A stretch of DNA of 64,000 nt from Trichoplax sp. H2. Taxonomy: Eukaryota. The notes under the pieces are model-generated. The model saw only the letters and a program-made list of their open reading frames with translations, did not search any database and was not told where the DNA came from. The DNA is taken from NCBI GenBank assembly GCA_003344405.1, contig NOWV01000001.1, forward strand, positions 558,001-622,000, given 5' to 3'. Every line of letters starts with the position of its first letter. The first letter of the stretch is position 1. A program made the translations under genes and the position numbers. Of the stretch, positions 25,901 through 40,681 are shown piece by piece.

Positions 25901-27605
25901 TACCAAGTCAATTTAATTGACTGGTACATTCATCGCCAATTTCATTCCTTGAGCACCACCAGCTAGAGCAAAAAGTACGCGCAATTCCCTTTGGCACGTA
26001 GTCTATCGCATTCTACAGCATTTAGAGGTAAGAAAATGAAATTGTCGATAATTTTAACTAGCGCAAGACGACCATTTCTTTCTTTCATGGTAATCCTACT
26101 TCAGTTGGAATGCTATTTCCTCAATTTTGCAGTGAAAAATTTTTTTTTCTAAGCCAGTTATTTACTGTAGTCAGTGTTGCAATGACGCTCGTTGAATTCT
26201 TCATACTCTCTTTACCCGTATGACGCTAACTAAGGTGAATTGACTTGATTAATTCATTTTGCAACGCATGGTGAGATTGACCCTAACTCGATAACTAGCC
26301 TATCATGTATATTTTATATGCATTGGATCATTTTTAATCCTCAAAATTACCTTTGTATGACTTGAAAAATCAACTGCTTAACGAAAAGGAGGAAAGAATT
26401 CAAGTCATGCTGATTAGTAGAAAATCAAGCATAGTTACCAAGCTGTTGTTGTCTTCCTGTAGCTGTATTTTTGTTTTTTTACCGATAAAATTTTTTTTCT
26501 TGTGGAGATCAATACAATAAGTCATTGTATAGCTAACTTGTATTTTTTTTTCTTTTCTTGTGATATGGATTGTGTAGAGGTCTTTCTCTCTTCCTTGACC
26601 TATTGAAGCATTATTATTCAGCCTTGTCTCTGTTTGTTATTACTGCATCAACTAGACAAAGTCAGCATTATTATTCAAATAGCCACTGTTGTTCAGTACC
26701 ATTCATTGAGAATAGACACAGACACTAAGACTACCGGTTAAGAGAAAAGGTTACTGGTCGATCCTGTCAGTTACACATTAACCGAACAGGAATTACTTCA
26801 AGACAGCACGAAAAAAAACAACATCAAGCTGAGTCTGAATTTTTCCCCTCGACTTATCTACATTGTCAACTTAATTGGACTGCAAGCTTATCTCCTCTTA
26901 ACGACATTACACTGACTTTGAAAATCATCCAAGCTTACTAGAAAAGAATTAGGGAGAAAAATTTTTTCTTTTCCCCTTACTCAACAACTCATTAGCCTTT
27001 TACGCCAGTTAACAAAATCAAAGAGAAATTAAAGATTTATATAAAGCATCCTGAAGAAAACACGACGCAATTTCATCAGTGATTGATAATTATCATTTAC
27101 GGTGAGAAAAAATATTGTTATTCATTACAACGGTTAATCAATCGTAGAGGTTTTTTATCTTTGAACGGCTTAATTTTCTAGTATACATTGACTGACTATT
27201 TAATGAATATTTAAATACAGAAAGGAAGTGGGTACTATTATACGCACTACCTTACCGGTCCTGTTGAAAAAGACAAAAGAGGCGACTTCTTCTACTTTGC
27301 TTGTCAGCGGCAATTAATAAAGCGCCGAGTGATCTTATCAAAAAGGAAAGGAAACTGATATTTGCGGAGTCTTGTTTGAACTATTTTTTTCGATAAATTG
27401 ATTCCCTCAAAGCTGAATCTATTCATTTCCTTTTCGCCTTACGTGTGTGTGGGTGCAACGTGATTCGATCTCAACGGTCCAGCTGTTAATAACTTGGGTC
27501 ACGCAGTAATCGCTTGAACCCTTTTGCTTCGTTGCAGTCAAGTGATTTTAGACTGTCAAAAATTTTTTTTCAAATCCCTCCAACCCCCACACTAGATTGA
27601 TCATC
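25898..27605 (+). other. Predicted spliced 5' UTR of the Mos gene: exons ~25898-26027, 26578-27101, 27221-27605. The transcription start position is uncertain.
   Basis: Intron 1: donor AG|GTAAGA at 26028, branch-like CTAAC at ~26533, polypyrimidine tract, AG at 26576-26577. Intron 2: donor CG|GTGAGA at 27102, CTGAC at ~27192, CAG ending 27220. The predicted exonic sequence contains no ATG. Confidence 0.6.
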
Positions 27606-28490
27606 ATGGCCTGTGAATTATTTTCATTAATTTCTCCTCATTGTACAAATTCAACGTATGCTAAAGTTGATCATAATGAGTTAAACATTGAACGCCTATT
27701 AGGTAGCGGCGGTTTCGGTTCAGTTTATGAAGGTACCTACGGTAGTAAAAAAGTTGCAATTAAAAAACTACATCAACGTGGTAAAAATGAACGAGCGGCA
27801 TTGGATAGTTTTAAAGCAGAGGTCCTAGCTATGTCGCTTTTACACCATCCTAACATTGTTGAAACTGTAGCGATATCGACAGCATCTGATTGCCTACATG
27901 ATTATCCATTACTTATTATGGAATTAGCTGGCAGTCGTAACTTACAGGAGGTCCTCAACGATACCGATACGGAAGTGATCGATGTAAAAAGACGATTAAA
28001 ATTTGCTCATCAGATTGCAATGGCATTGGAGTACACTCACTCATTTGGTATTGTGCATTTAGATTTAAAGCCTGCTAACGTCTTGATTACACCTGAAGAT
28101 AATTGTAAGTTAGCCGATTTTGGATGTAGCCAAACCGTCCAAGAAGATGGCTCATGCGTTAATAGCCCGACACGGTCTTACTTAACTGGTACTTTTGCTT
28201 ATACAGCACCGGAGTTATTACGTGGTTGTGATCCAACTACTAAAGCTGATATCTACTCATTTGCAATTTGTTTATGGCAATTAATTGCACGAGAGCGACC
28301 TTATGGATGTGAAAATCCACACGTCGTTATTTTTGCTGTAGTGGCATACAATCATCGTCCACCGATTACCACGCAAATGGAAATGGAAGAAGATTACCAG
28401 CATTTAGTTATGCAAGGTTGGAATGCTTGTCCATCTGATCGTCCAACAGCAGCAGACTGTGTTGAAGTATTAAAAAAGTTACAGCAATAG
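27606..28490 (+). CDS. MOS: Mos serine/threonine kinase (MAPKKK; oocyte meiotic maturation / cytostatic factor), intronless CDS, about 294 aa
   Basis: Complete kinase with Mos-typical motifs: LGSGGFGSVY, KNERAALDSFKAE, IVHLDLKPANVLI, CKLADFGCSQ, GTFAYTAPELLRG, KADIYSFAICLWQ, RERPY, HVVIFAVVAYNHRP. The first in-frame ATG is at 27606; the ORF track start at 27597 is a TTG. Confidence 0.93.
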   Translation: MACELFSLISPHCTNSTYAKVDHNELNIERLLGSGGFGSVYEGTYGSKKVAIKKLHQRGKNERAALDSFKAEVLAMSLLHHPNIVETVAISTASDCLHDYPLLIMELAGSRNLQEVLNDTDTEVIDVKRRLKFAHQIAMALEYTHSFGIVHLDLKPANVLITPEDNCKLADFGCSQTVQEDGSCVNSPTRSYLTGTFAYTAPELLRGCDPTTKADIYSFAICLWQLIARERPYGCENPHVVIFAVVAYNHRPPITTQMEMEEDYQHLVMQGWNACPSDRPTAADCVEVLKKLQQ

Positions 28491-29573
28491 CCATCTCTTC
28501 TTATATACTACTATAATAAATAAGCCATCATCAATTTTTTTCCGCGTTCGTTGGCCTTTTCATGACACTATTATTTGGATTCAAAAGCGAGTAGCTGGAA
28601 ATACTGTATGTACTAAGTAAAGGGTTGATATAGTAGTATGTGGGAAAAATTTTTTTTTCGATTTTTAATAGTTTCTTTCTTCACAATTTTTTTTGGAAGG
28701 GGAGAAAAAGAGCTGTAAAGCTATATCCTTCCTACAAATCATCAATCGTTGAATTAAAGTCATTGAGTCAGTGATCGTTATGTTAACTAAGTTATATCTA
28801 CCGATTGTACAGTACCATGTCGATAGATGGTCTGTCTAAATCTACGAAATTAGTGAAATAGATTCGTTTTGCAATTTGGCAAGGCAGTTATATCTTCGCG
28901 TATCAATATTGTTCGATTGTATACTTTTTCCAACTATACTGTATAGTACATATATTATTCAACTGAACGTATAAATGATCTCGTTTAGCCATATTTCTCC
29001 GTAATTTATAAAGTATGCCCATATGAAAACTAGTCTTGGTACAGAAGCATACGACAGCGTTTATTCTCTAAATTAAAACTTTATCATACAAAATTTATTA
29101 GACGGAATATATTTGTCGACGATCTTGTTAATCTGACATGTTTAAGAATTTTTTTTGTATATTTTAAAGATTAATGGAAATGATTTGTTGAATGAATCAT
29201 GAAATCAATCTTGATGGTCGATATTGGTTATCATTCATGTTCTATATTTATTAGTTATTCTATTTGCTTTAAATAGTGTACCCAAGGTACTATTAATTAT
29301 GATATGAGTTATTTTCGAGATCGTTAAAAAATTTCTAGTATGATGAAAACATTTTGTTAGCCTACTACGCTTTATCGGCGTTTATTGTATTATAGTCCAT
29401 TTGCAGTCTTCATTTTCATCATGAAAACTACGTATGCATTTTCTTGTTGTTATACATACAGAAAATATATTTTCATTTGCTGTAAAATTACTAATTTGGG
29501 TGCAGAGCACCGAAATTTTCATAATCTAATGATTGATAAAACGCTGTCAAGTCTTCACGTTTACATATAAATT

Positions 29574-29592
29574 TATATATATATATATATAT
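29574..29592. repeat. (TA)n microsatellite
   Basis: Run of TA dinucleotides read directly. Confidence 0.85.
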
Positions 29593-30488
29593 GGATATAG
29601 TAAGAGTGTAAACTATTCATATCGTTTAAACTATTACTGTATTATCTCATGAAATACTTTCTAGAATTACTTTTACGTCATGTAAAGTATATAATCGTGA
29701 TTTACTGCTGCTGTTTTTCGTTCAGAAAACATTGTATTACAAGTTGATTGAAAATTTTTTTCTTGTAACTTTGAAAAATAATAATTTTATGTTTTTTGTT
29801 TGTTATATGGTATTACGAAATTAACATTGATTATTAATTAATTATTAATGCTAAGTTCCCTCCATCTTGCTGTGATAATATTGATACGTTGTTTTGTATG
29901 ATATGCATATGTTTGTCAATAACTGTAACTGTTATGCGTATGATTGCTATACTTTACTACCTACCTGCTTAATAACTAGTAAGTTAATGCAAAGTCAGTA
30001 AGAATGATGATGACAGTTAATATTGTGAATACGTATTTTGAGATTACGATAAAATCTGTTCTCAGTTATGCAGGTGTTCTATATTTTTCAGCTCGTGGCT
30101 GATTATTATGATCCTAAAGTATAAATTATTAATATACATAAAATAACCTGTCTTATAATAATTATTACTACTACGCATAGCTGGATATACTTTATTTTAC
30201 GTATCGTTTTTCTGCTTAATTTGAAAATGGAATATTAACTAGTCATCTAGTTTTGTCATCGTACATCCATAATTACGATATTGTGATTCAAGGCAGGTGC
30301 TGTCTATGTAAGAAATATTTGTATGACTACTTCTGTAACTTTTGCGTTGATATCATCAATATTATATTCAGGTCATTTTTCAATAATGTATCTTCTGAAC
30401 TAAAATTACGTAAAATTTTGACAAACTTTACGAAACAACTTTGAGGGAGTATTCGATGAAGCAATTTTTCATTTGAAAATATCGTGCT

Positions 30489-30536
30489 CTTATTATTATT
30501 ATTATTATTATTGTTTAATAATATTATTATTATTAT
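30489..30536. repeat. Interrupted (TTA)n microsatellite
   Basis: Two adjacent ATT/TTA runs. Confidence 0.8.
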
Positions 30537-33500
30537 GATAAAATGGAGATTTCATGTTGTCTACATCATTGACGGTAGATTATTTAAATTATAATTTATT
30601 ATTGCTTGAAAATAAAGCATATTCATTGGGAAAAAACGCCTATTGAAATTTGGTGATTATACTGTGCAATGTAATTTTTCCATGATAGTAAGAGTCGATA
30701 AGAGAGTTTACAGCAGCAATTAAGGATAACTTAAAGAATAAGAAGAAAGTGACCAGTTTCCTCTACTGTAACTTGATCATTACCAATTCATAATACAATT
30801 TCAATTAGGAATTATTTTTCCATTTAAGACAAGAAAAAATATTTATTTTATCTTTCTCTTCATAAATTTTAAGTTCTTACAAAGTCATATAAAAGGAATA
30901 ATTTATTTTCTCTTCCTGTTAGTACGGAGAAAATGAAAATGGCTTAATATAGCAAATAGTTGGTTTACTACTTTGAAAATTGATTCAGTAAGAGTTTAAT
31001 GGGCAATATATCACATACTGATCTTAACTGCTACTGGGGCACCAAAGTAAAGTATACGGGACTACCGTAATTGTCTAAGTAGCTGATGGATAGGATTCGT
31101 CAAATTGTAGTAAATTAAGAAAGTCGATTCGAAATTAATTCACTACGGTATGAAGAATCAATGTTCGAAGCGCGTTAAACATTTTTCGATTACTTCATTT
31201 ATGTAATTTTTAAATTTTAATGTTATTAAACTTCTAGGAACTTTACTAATTGCATTACCAATGGCATTCACTTAGCCCATAATAACACTTCGTTAAACAG
31301 CTGGATGATCAAGGTGTTAATATTGCATCGCTCCAGCATAAGTGATAAGTTATTAGCCATGTAAATGACTAATTTGTTATTTGGAGGCTGTGAATAACAT
31401 TAACAGAACTGTTAGCGATAAAATTTCTCATTCTAATGTACATGATTGTATTAATTCCACCATAATAAAGCGGTTGCAATTTCAATTTTGCATTACACGC
31501 TATACGCGTATTCACAAGTAGCGTGGATCACAGTAAAATTATTAGCGTCTTGACCATGTTATTTTGTCTCTTATCGTTGCAATAATACATTAATCCAAAG
31601 TAATCTTTTATACCTTACGTAATCTAAATATTATTTATTTTTTTAGCATAGAACACGATATCCGTAGCTACTACTGTTAAATAGACTTGCAATATTGGTT
31701 CATAGAATGGAGACGCTATTTCTTTTTTTCCATTTAAAATTTTACAGCGAAAAATTGGTCATAAATGGTTGCCGCTGTACATTGTGTCTAGGTTAAAGGA
31801 TGATTGTAAAGGGATGCTATTCAGTAAAAGCAAATACATTATAAATAAAATTAGCTATTATTGGAAATATGATGCATGATTGATTAATTGATTGATTAAT
31901 CAATTTAAAAACTTTACTCCAACTTAGTAGAATGTCTGCTTTATATAGACGGAGAATTTAATTGCGTAACCAAAAAATTTGAGCGTTGGCGTTGATGCAT
32001 TAGCTAATGATAGAATATATCACTAATCACATTACACTCTATCGTACTGTTCCAGTAAGTCAAATTGGATTAAGGTTGTTGTAATGCTATTTTTAGCTTA
32101 GCTACATCAGTAAGATCGTTGTTTATGGTGCAGAATTTACAGAGGCAATATGGGGAATGGCCAGTAACTACATTTACAAATCACAGTAGTTCAGTCTTTT
32201 ATTAATGAATCTTGTCCTTATTGGTAGTAATTAATTAAAACTACACATCGTAATATCTCAATATAGTAATCGCATTACTATCCTGTAAGTAAGGATTTTT
32301 CGATGGTGGAAGTACAATCAGTGTAACTTCATAAGATATTAAATTTTGACGATTGAAGTAAAAACTGCTGTACAGTAGCGGAATTAGCTACTAATAATAA
32401 AGTCCGACGGTTTTATGAATCGGCTTTACAGTAGTTGTGATTGCAATGATTAATAAGTTATGAGGGTAAAAAAATATAGTGAGACTACAAGATAGTCGAA
32501 TTAGCTGTAGTGGTAGCGGTTCTTAATTAATTATCAATTAATAAAAAAGATTTTCCATATTGTAGGGTAGATGAATTTTATGTCGTGGCGTGGCGTTGTC
32601 GTTACAGCTCATGGTAACCATTTGCTCGTAACCTTAAACTGTGCGACGGAGGTAATTCCCAACGGTGCCGTACGTAGCCTGTGGCTATTAATCCATATTA
32701 TTCACATTAAAGATTGCTAAACGAGACATATTTTTTTGCTGAACCCCTTTAGTACCTACTGTGCAGCTCGGGGCAGCGATAGGATTATTTTTTTCCATGC
32801 GCTTTATCAAAGTAAAATTTCATGCAGAGTAAAGCTGTCTGCTTTCACCTTATGGATTTTTTTCAACCTTGCCCACGCATCTAACTTATCACTAAGCATA
32901 AGCTATGTAGAAATCTTTAAGGCCACTAGAACGTGGCATTGCGGTAAAAAAATCTTTCTGTAAATCACTCCCTTCAACGGTTTTACGATTAATCCAATAT
33001 TTTACGGTAATTATATTAATGCCACGCCTTTATCGATCAGGGCCGTACTAGAGTCCAGTGAATGCAAGCTAAAAGTACTGTGATTATAATGAGCATTCCT
33101 TTCACACCAGTACCACTTTTCCTCGTAATAAATTTTAATTCTTACAACATTGCTAATTTAAACCACAATGAAAACGTCTAATTATGACCATTATCGTTAT
33201 TGCCATAATGACAATGCTAATCTTTCTATGGCAGAATATGATTGTGTCAACTTTGTTGTCACGACTGTTGTCTAAATCATATTGTTGGACTCATTTACCA
33301 GTTGGATACTATCAGACTAAATGATAAGTATTACAAGAATTTAGCTTTAAAGGTTATTCATAACTTATTGTCACGTAAATCGAGTTCAATAGTTCACTTA
33401 CGTTGTATCAGTCGATACAATTCTGCTATTGATTTCTTTATTAATGAAATCAGATTGATTTAAATAATTGGTCGAAATATCTTCCCTGCCCCCAGCTTAT

Positions 33501-33965
33501 TATCTTATGTCCTACTGTACTAGAAATGGAATAGAAATGCTAAAATTGTCATAAAAATATTAAAATATGGTCTAAACTATCACTTTTCATAATCTATCGT
33601 TAACTATAATGATCGGTAAAAACGTTTAAATCTACCCTAAAATACTGAAATAGAGCATAAATTATCATCCTCGATTATTTACCGTCTTCTACGTGATTGT
33701 TTTTGATCGTTTAAGATGATGAGGATATCTATAAAATTGATTTCTGTAGAAGTAGGTTAATAATAATGCATACTGAGTCCATATCATTTATTTCCACCTG
33801 TCAAGAGTACCGTAGTTATAAATATATAGTACATGTAAGCCCGTAAGTACTAACGTTGGAACTTTAGATCTTGCACTAGAGCTATTTGTGTAACCTCTAC
33901 GGGACGCATATGCACACATCGGATAGTTCCTAATATTTACTACCGTTTACTCGCTCTTCCATCAT

Positions 33966-34002
33966 TAGTAAAGACTAATATAATCTTGATTAGTCTTTAC
34001 TA
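33966..34002. repeat. Inverted repeat (14-bp arms, 9-nt loop)
   Basis: TAGTAAAGACTAAT...ATTAGTCTTTACTA read directly. Confidence 0.85.
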
Positions 34003-37000
34003 TCACTAAAATAAATAGATGCTATCAGTTTCGTTCGTACTAAGATCATATCAATTTAAAATCATCATCAGGTATACTACAGATGAAATTGCTAATCCTA
34101 TTGCTAACTCCACATTTGTATATATGCCAATTACAAAGTTCGATGAGATTTGTCTATCTACGAGTAAATGTAAACGCCCGCACATCTCGTGATAATCGCA
34201 AGATGAGTCATTGCTATGACTCACAAGCCATTGAGCTTATTTAGTTATTATTTACTATTATCTGTCATTTTATATTTACCCCTCTACATTCTATCATAAA
34301 CAGTACTGGTAATCGATCTTTATCCCGTTATATCTACCCTATAATTCAAATTATTACTTCATTTTCCAGCCGTTTCATAAATTTTTCCATAAATTTCGAG
34401 AGTAGAACTTTTTAAAATTTGTGTCTTATAACTTTTGATCGCATTCGATTGCAACTTTTTTTAATTAACAATGTCTATATAAAATGAATGGAAAAAGTAT
34501 CTCTGTGTTGATGTCAAATAGATGGATGCATACACTTTTCAAGCTACTATTTTACTCTACCCGTGAAATAGTAGACCAATTGAAGATTTGTCAGTTTAGA
34601 ATAGAAGTAAGCCAACAATAAGGCGAACAATTGTTATCATTGTTTCATATATACTACCAAGTAATCTTGTACTACGAATAATCCATTAGATAATAATTTA
34701 TTCACGCCATTTATATGTTTTACGTCACTTTAACATTAGTCTATTATTATTATTTTTAGGTTAATTATTTCTTCTATTCTATCGGTACAAGCAAAAATCA
34801 TTATTTCAACGTGATAACAATAGGCACAAATCGCACAATCATAACAATTAGCTTCGATATTGTATATAATTGTGGCTAAATTATATACGTAGTTATATTA
34901 TGATTTCTATTGCTAATGACGCTGGAATGACGTAGATTCTGCAGTCTCTGCGTCGTATCTCTATCTATAGCCCACGGGACATATTCAATTCAATATGTAG
35001 TTGGTCAAATACAATCTATGTATGTCACAATTAGAGATAAGTTACAAATTAAAAGAATTAAAAGTATATCTTTATGTCAAACGTAAATGTTTGAAGGCAT
35101 TTACTAATATGAAATAATGATTGCTAAATCGTGAGATTGTTAGCGAATTTCAAAGACTATTTTAGCTTAGCTCAAGGTTAATGTACTCGTATTATCGCTG
35201 CATGTTGTATAGCTCTAAGGCTAGAATTAAGCTTACTTTATTAATTGTTTGTAAATGAGTCAACTGCTCGCATCCTGTATTTCTTGAGTGGGTGTGGGAA
35301 CGGGAGCGATACATATTACAATCTTATTTGATAGAAATCAAAACAGGCCTAGCCTAATTAGCTTTATTTACCACTTCATAATTGCCTAAAGACATTTGAA
35401 TTCCATTAGTAAGGTCTAAATGTGCTAAGTAACTATTATAACTCAACAGGCTTTCAATAGTTACCGAATTAAAAAATTGTATTTCTAGACTGACTATGAG
35501 GTATAAAATAACTGAATGATTATAATCCTGTTTACGTTCTGCTTCTGGCTATAAATAAGAATATAAAAATTTGTATACATCTTTATGTGTTATTAGTAGA
35601 AACTATAGCTTAAATCTATGCCATTAATAGTTTAATTGAAAATTTTTACCTCCATATACTGATTGTATATCCCATTGCTATGCTGTCGCATGTACGAAGT
35701 ATAACGTGTAACGATTTTATTAACTATATATTATAAAATAAATACGTTTACTGAATAGCATAATATATAACCTTAGGTGAATACAAAGCTAGGCATGTTC
35801 GCATACGTGAGGAAGTAAACTTAACACAATGTGCAAAGAGGTAACGATGTCATATCGTATACATATCGGATAGAAACATTAATAAATCTCTACTTATAAT
35901 AGTTGCATTACAGTCCGACAGAAGTAAGATTATAGTGAATTATGGTAGTAAATGTAAAGAAATAGATGAAAAGATGATAGTGTTGCATATAATTACTATT
36001 CCATACTTAGTATTGCAAGGTTCTATATACTGATTATTTTAAATTACCGATGAAATTCTTTTACCACTGTCTATCTCGCATGCATAATCCATATATATCT
36101 CTATTGGCGTGTATTATCCATGTCAAGTATAGAAAATATCATCCATTAATTATTAATGAAGATTGTATTTTGAATGTAAATTATGAAAGGGTTATTAAGA
36201 GCAGAACTGTAGGATGCTAATCAGCAGGGTGCAGAAGAATGGTTTGCTTATTAGTGGTTGTTATGATAAATATGAAAAGACATAAACCAATGTTGGTATC
36301 GTTTGCTTATGTATTTTCTGTACTTATAATTTCCATTAAAGAGCGACAGAATAGGGAAATCTGTTTTTTCTAGGCATTCATATTGAACAATGTGTTGGCT
36401 TAGTTGATTACAGTTAATCGGATTGGTACGAGGCCGCGCCTACTTCCTTCCTGTGTAGCTAAGTAGGATTTTATACTTGTGCACCAGTAGAGTTTTTTCG
36501 TAATTTCGTAATGTGAGATAATAATATGAAAGTCTAATTTGCGGAATGATACTTGAGCTGCAGACTGTACTAATTTGCAATCTTGAAGGGATTGTTATTG
36601 GTAAAATTTCATTGTATACATAGTATGCATACGGTAATTACTGGATATGGTATTTAATACTAGCAATGTATTGATAATGAATTGATACTAGTTCAGCTAC
36701 AGTAGCGATCCAATATTTATCAAATGATACTTCCATTTACAATGATAACTTACTATTAGTTCATATTCAATATTGCTCTCAGATACTGTTTATTGCACTT
36801 AGTGAAGTTAACATGGAAAAGTAACCTGCACAAAGAAGCTAAGAGAGTCGACTCGTGTACCTTGGTCTGTAACGTTTGCGAACACTAATATTGTATTGCT
36901 ATGATGAAAAACGAACAAGATACCCTAAACAACATAGATAACTTTAGTTGATGTATAGTGCAATTCCAGTATGGATTTAATTTAAGCCAACTTGTATGGT

Positions 37001-40000
37001 AAGTATTTCGGCTACTCGCTTCGTTATGCAACATCCGAGTCGCATAATTGTAGGAGAACATACGAAAGCACAGCCACAGTATTGGAACCTACGGCAAAGT
37101 CTAGCAGATAGATGGACTCTACCCTTTAGTCTCTACGGGATTTCTAGTCTTAGACTGTGGTCAAAGACTAGCTTCAGACAACTCAAATATAGAATTAGCT
37201 GGGTTCGATGTCCAATCACTCGCAGCATATGCATTTATGCATACTATAAAATAATGATTCAGGACGCCTGATATCTACATTATCTTCCGGCATGCAATTA
37301 AATTTCGAGGTATATTGTATTTGCATAGTTCACATAGTGAACTTAGTACTAGAAAGTAGATAAAGTGAACTATATCCTTACCCTACAGGAGTTGATACAC
37401 CATGCTAATTACGTTTAGGTATACTATTGAATCTTGCAGTATGCGTATATTGCAATTACTTAATTATTGTAGTAAACTCAAGATACTTGAATTAATACAC
37501 GAACCAAAAAACCATATCGACAATTTTCCTAATAGTTGTTAGATTGCATATAGATCTACTAGATTTGCATATCAACTCTTTTCCTAAACGAATTATTTCC
37601 TTTGCACATTGCTCGTAACTATTGTTCTAATATGTCATAACTGGTATAATTACGTAAGTGGCGATTAAGCGGCTAATTCCTAAAATAGTTTTATGAATTT
37701 ATATGATTGTACGCTACTATTTTCATAAATTTCTTGCACTATGAGCTCTGTACAGAGATCATCTGTCTGGACAGCAGTGGTCCAGCTACTAGTTTAAGCG
37801 TAAGCAAAAGCCTTTCTTTATTTTATGAGATGCAAAATCATGCTAGTGATATTTTAAAATATACTGTAACCTTTCATGCTTCGCTTAATAATTTCGTCAC
37901 GTAGTGTGCAGATTATACCCTTTTTTCTACGACACATGTGGCGTGCAAATTATTACAGTCTTCCGGCCTAGCCTTCTAGATTAATAAAGGCTAGCGTATA
38001 ATTTGTGCACACCTGGTAAATATTTATTGTTATACTGCACATATTTTGTACTTTTAAAATTAATTATATATTATTTCTAAGGCTATTATTATACAACTGG
38101 TAATGCGATCTGTATCCGTATCTGAACTATTTGATATTGGTTTATAGAATTTGTCCCAACTTATTTCCTTCTATAGATTAGGTCTACTATGGGTAATTTA
38201 TGTAAGTATTTACGGAAAATGACACTAAAAACTATTCCAGTGTGGAATTTTCATAACAATTTTAGATATATTTGATACGATTTGGTACTGTACCACAATT
38301 TGTCGAGTTATTTGTCAAATAATTCTGCTGTACATCACGTAGGATTATTTTCATTTTACAGTTGTTAAAATTACGATGAATGTCATCATCTTGCGGAAAT
38401 TAAATATCCGGTAAAAGTTAAATCTATTCATGAATTAATTATTATGCGAAGATAGAGTTTATTAAATCGTATGTGTAAATTATGATGAGTTCCATATTTG
38501 ATTATGAATTTGACAAGATTAAGTCGCTAATATTAATGCTAAGGTTAAATTTCTATGAGAATAGTTTTTGAGGCTGCTCTTTAGCTATAATGCAAAGGAA
38601 ATAAAACTGCAATTCTAGGTGGATTATCCGGCCACATAGTAATCTTTAATAATTCTATATGTAATTATGATTTATTAAAAGTAGGAATACATTACTTCTA
38701 AACTAGCATGACCGAGAGTCATTTTACTAGTCAGGGTTTTATTGCATTACACAATGTGTCTACAAGGCACGAATAAACACCGTAGGAGACAGGAAAATAA
38801 TTTATGCATTGTTAGGCATACATTCTTTGAATGCTTGCATACTTGTGTATATCTCTAAGCCATTTCTATTGATTACAGGTACCTGGTATTTTCTTCAAAT
38901 TTATTTTTACGAGTATGCGTAATATCTAGCCTTAAATCATCTTATTTCTTTAGCTCGAAATTTTTACCGCAAAAGTAATCATTTTAGAATGTTATTACCT
39001 AATGAAATCCGCTTCAGAATTACTTAAATAAATTTAAACAGCGCAGTCATAACAAGGATAGCTTATAAAAATTTATAGTACTAAACTCCATGTGGGAATG
39101 TAAATGAATAAAGTAGTTGAAAAGGTTATTAGCTACATTGCTAGCTCTTGCACACATTTGACCCTCAAAGGACACTACATCAAGTTTAGGTATACGAGTA
39201 TAATTAATAAGTTGCATACTATTTGTCTAGTCAGCTGGTGGATATTGCAATAAATTGTAATAGTAATAAAGAAACCATATCATTTAATTATGTCTCACTG
39301 CAGTCTGGCAGCTGTATAAGATTAATTATTTTGTTATCGAAGAAATAAAACTAATTAATGGAAGATAATACTAAAGCATAGCAATTATAATAGAAGGCCA
39401 ATGTATTCGATCACAAAGGACACTGGAATATATTCATGAAAGTACGTTCCAGTTGAGCACGGAATTAGACTGTAGAGTTATAGCACCATTAGATGCATTA
39501 GCTTCGGACGTGGTAGATGCATGGGTAGTGGCTAGCAATTTAAAATTAAAAACTACGGGGAATCGATGGAATAATGATTAAGATTGAAAAGTACTGATAA
39601 TTGTACAGTTTTTCTACTAATTAGCTAATGATATGACGCATTTGCCGCATACATACCCTAGCATGACATAAACAACGTATTGTAGAAAGGAAAGATATGA
39701 GATTATAACTACACCTGTACAGCATCATGTCAACGAGTCTTTACAACATAATTCGACATAGACGTAAAGCACGATCCTGCATGGCCAACTAATACGTGTG
39801 CAAGGTAAGGGTATTGCCGTAAGGCATGCAAACATATAGTTCGTTTTTGTTTTTCTACTATCACATTTAAAATAGCTCGACTTTGGCTACGTCTGTTATT
39901 TAAGTTTTGAAGAAACGAAGGAGACAATATAGCGTTCACGTCTTAAGTACTACAATAGCTATTATGCAATATGCAGTAATTAATTAATTACTATTGTCAA

Positions 40001-40681
40001 GATACAGACAGGCTTTTAAGTCGTCATAGTAACTTTTGTCATTAACGGATGCAGTAATAATAAATTAGCGAATTAATTAATATAAGACATATTATCACTT
40101 GGCATCAGCTGTCTTGAGTCATCCTGCAAATTGATGGAAACTTATTAAGGTCTTTATTGTGTTGCACAGCTGATTTATGATGAGGCAACAGAATTATTGA
40201 TTATGCTAGACCGTTGTCTGCATCACCTTTTCCATTATGATAGATATTTATTAGACGATATGAGGTAATAAAAGATAAAATAAATAATGAACTATTTCAA
40301 ATATGCTACGGTATGTAGTCTGTTTAGATATGATTATGAAAACAAGAGATAAAGTAATTTCCTAGGTGTAATACTGGACGTCGTTATTTCTATAACATGT
40401 TCCTAGTACAATATTTAATAATAAAAATTATCATATCTGCACCATCAACTCTTATGAAGATTCAACACATGAAATGTATGCCGGGTGCATCTGCTTTGCT
40501 TGTGAAAACATCAGATGATCGAGCTTTCTTTATTATAGGTCGTGTTAGAAAATTAGGCATTAATTGCGATGATAAAGTATTTGAAAAAGCATATATGGCA
40601 TAGCGCCAATTAAAATGGTTGCATAATGCCACGTATTTCAACACTTACATCTGTAATATTAATTACTATAAGAAAGGAACA

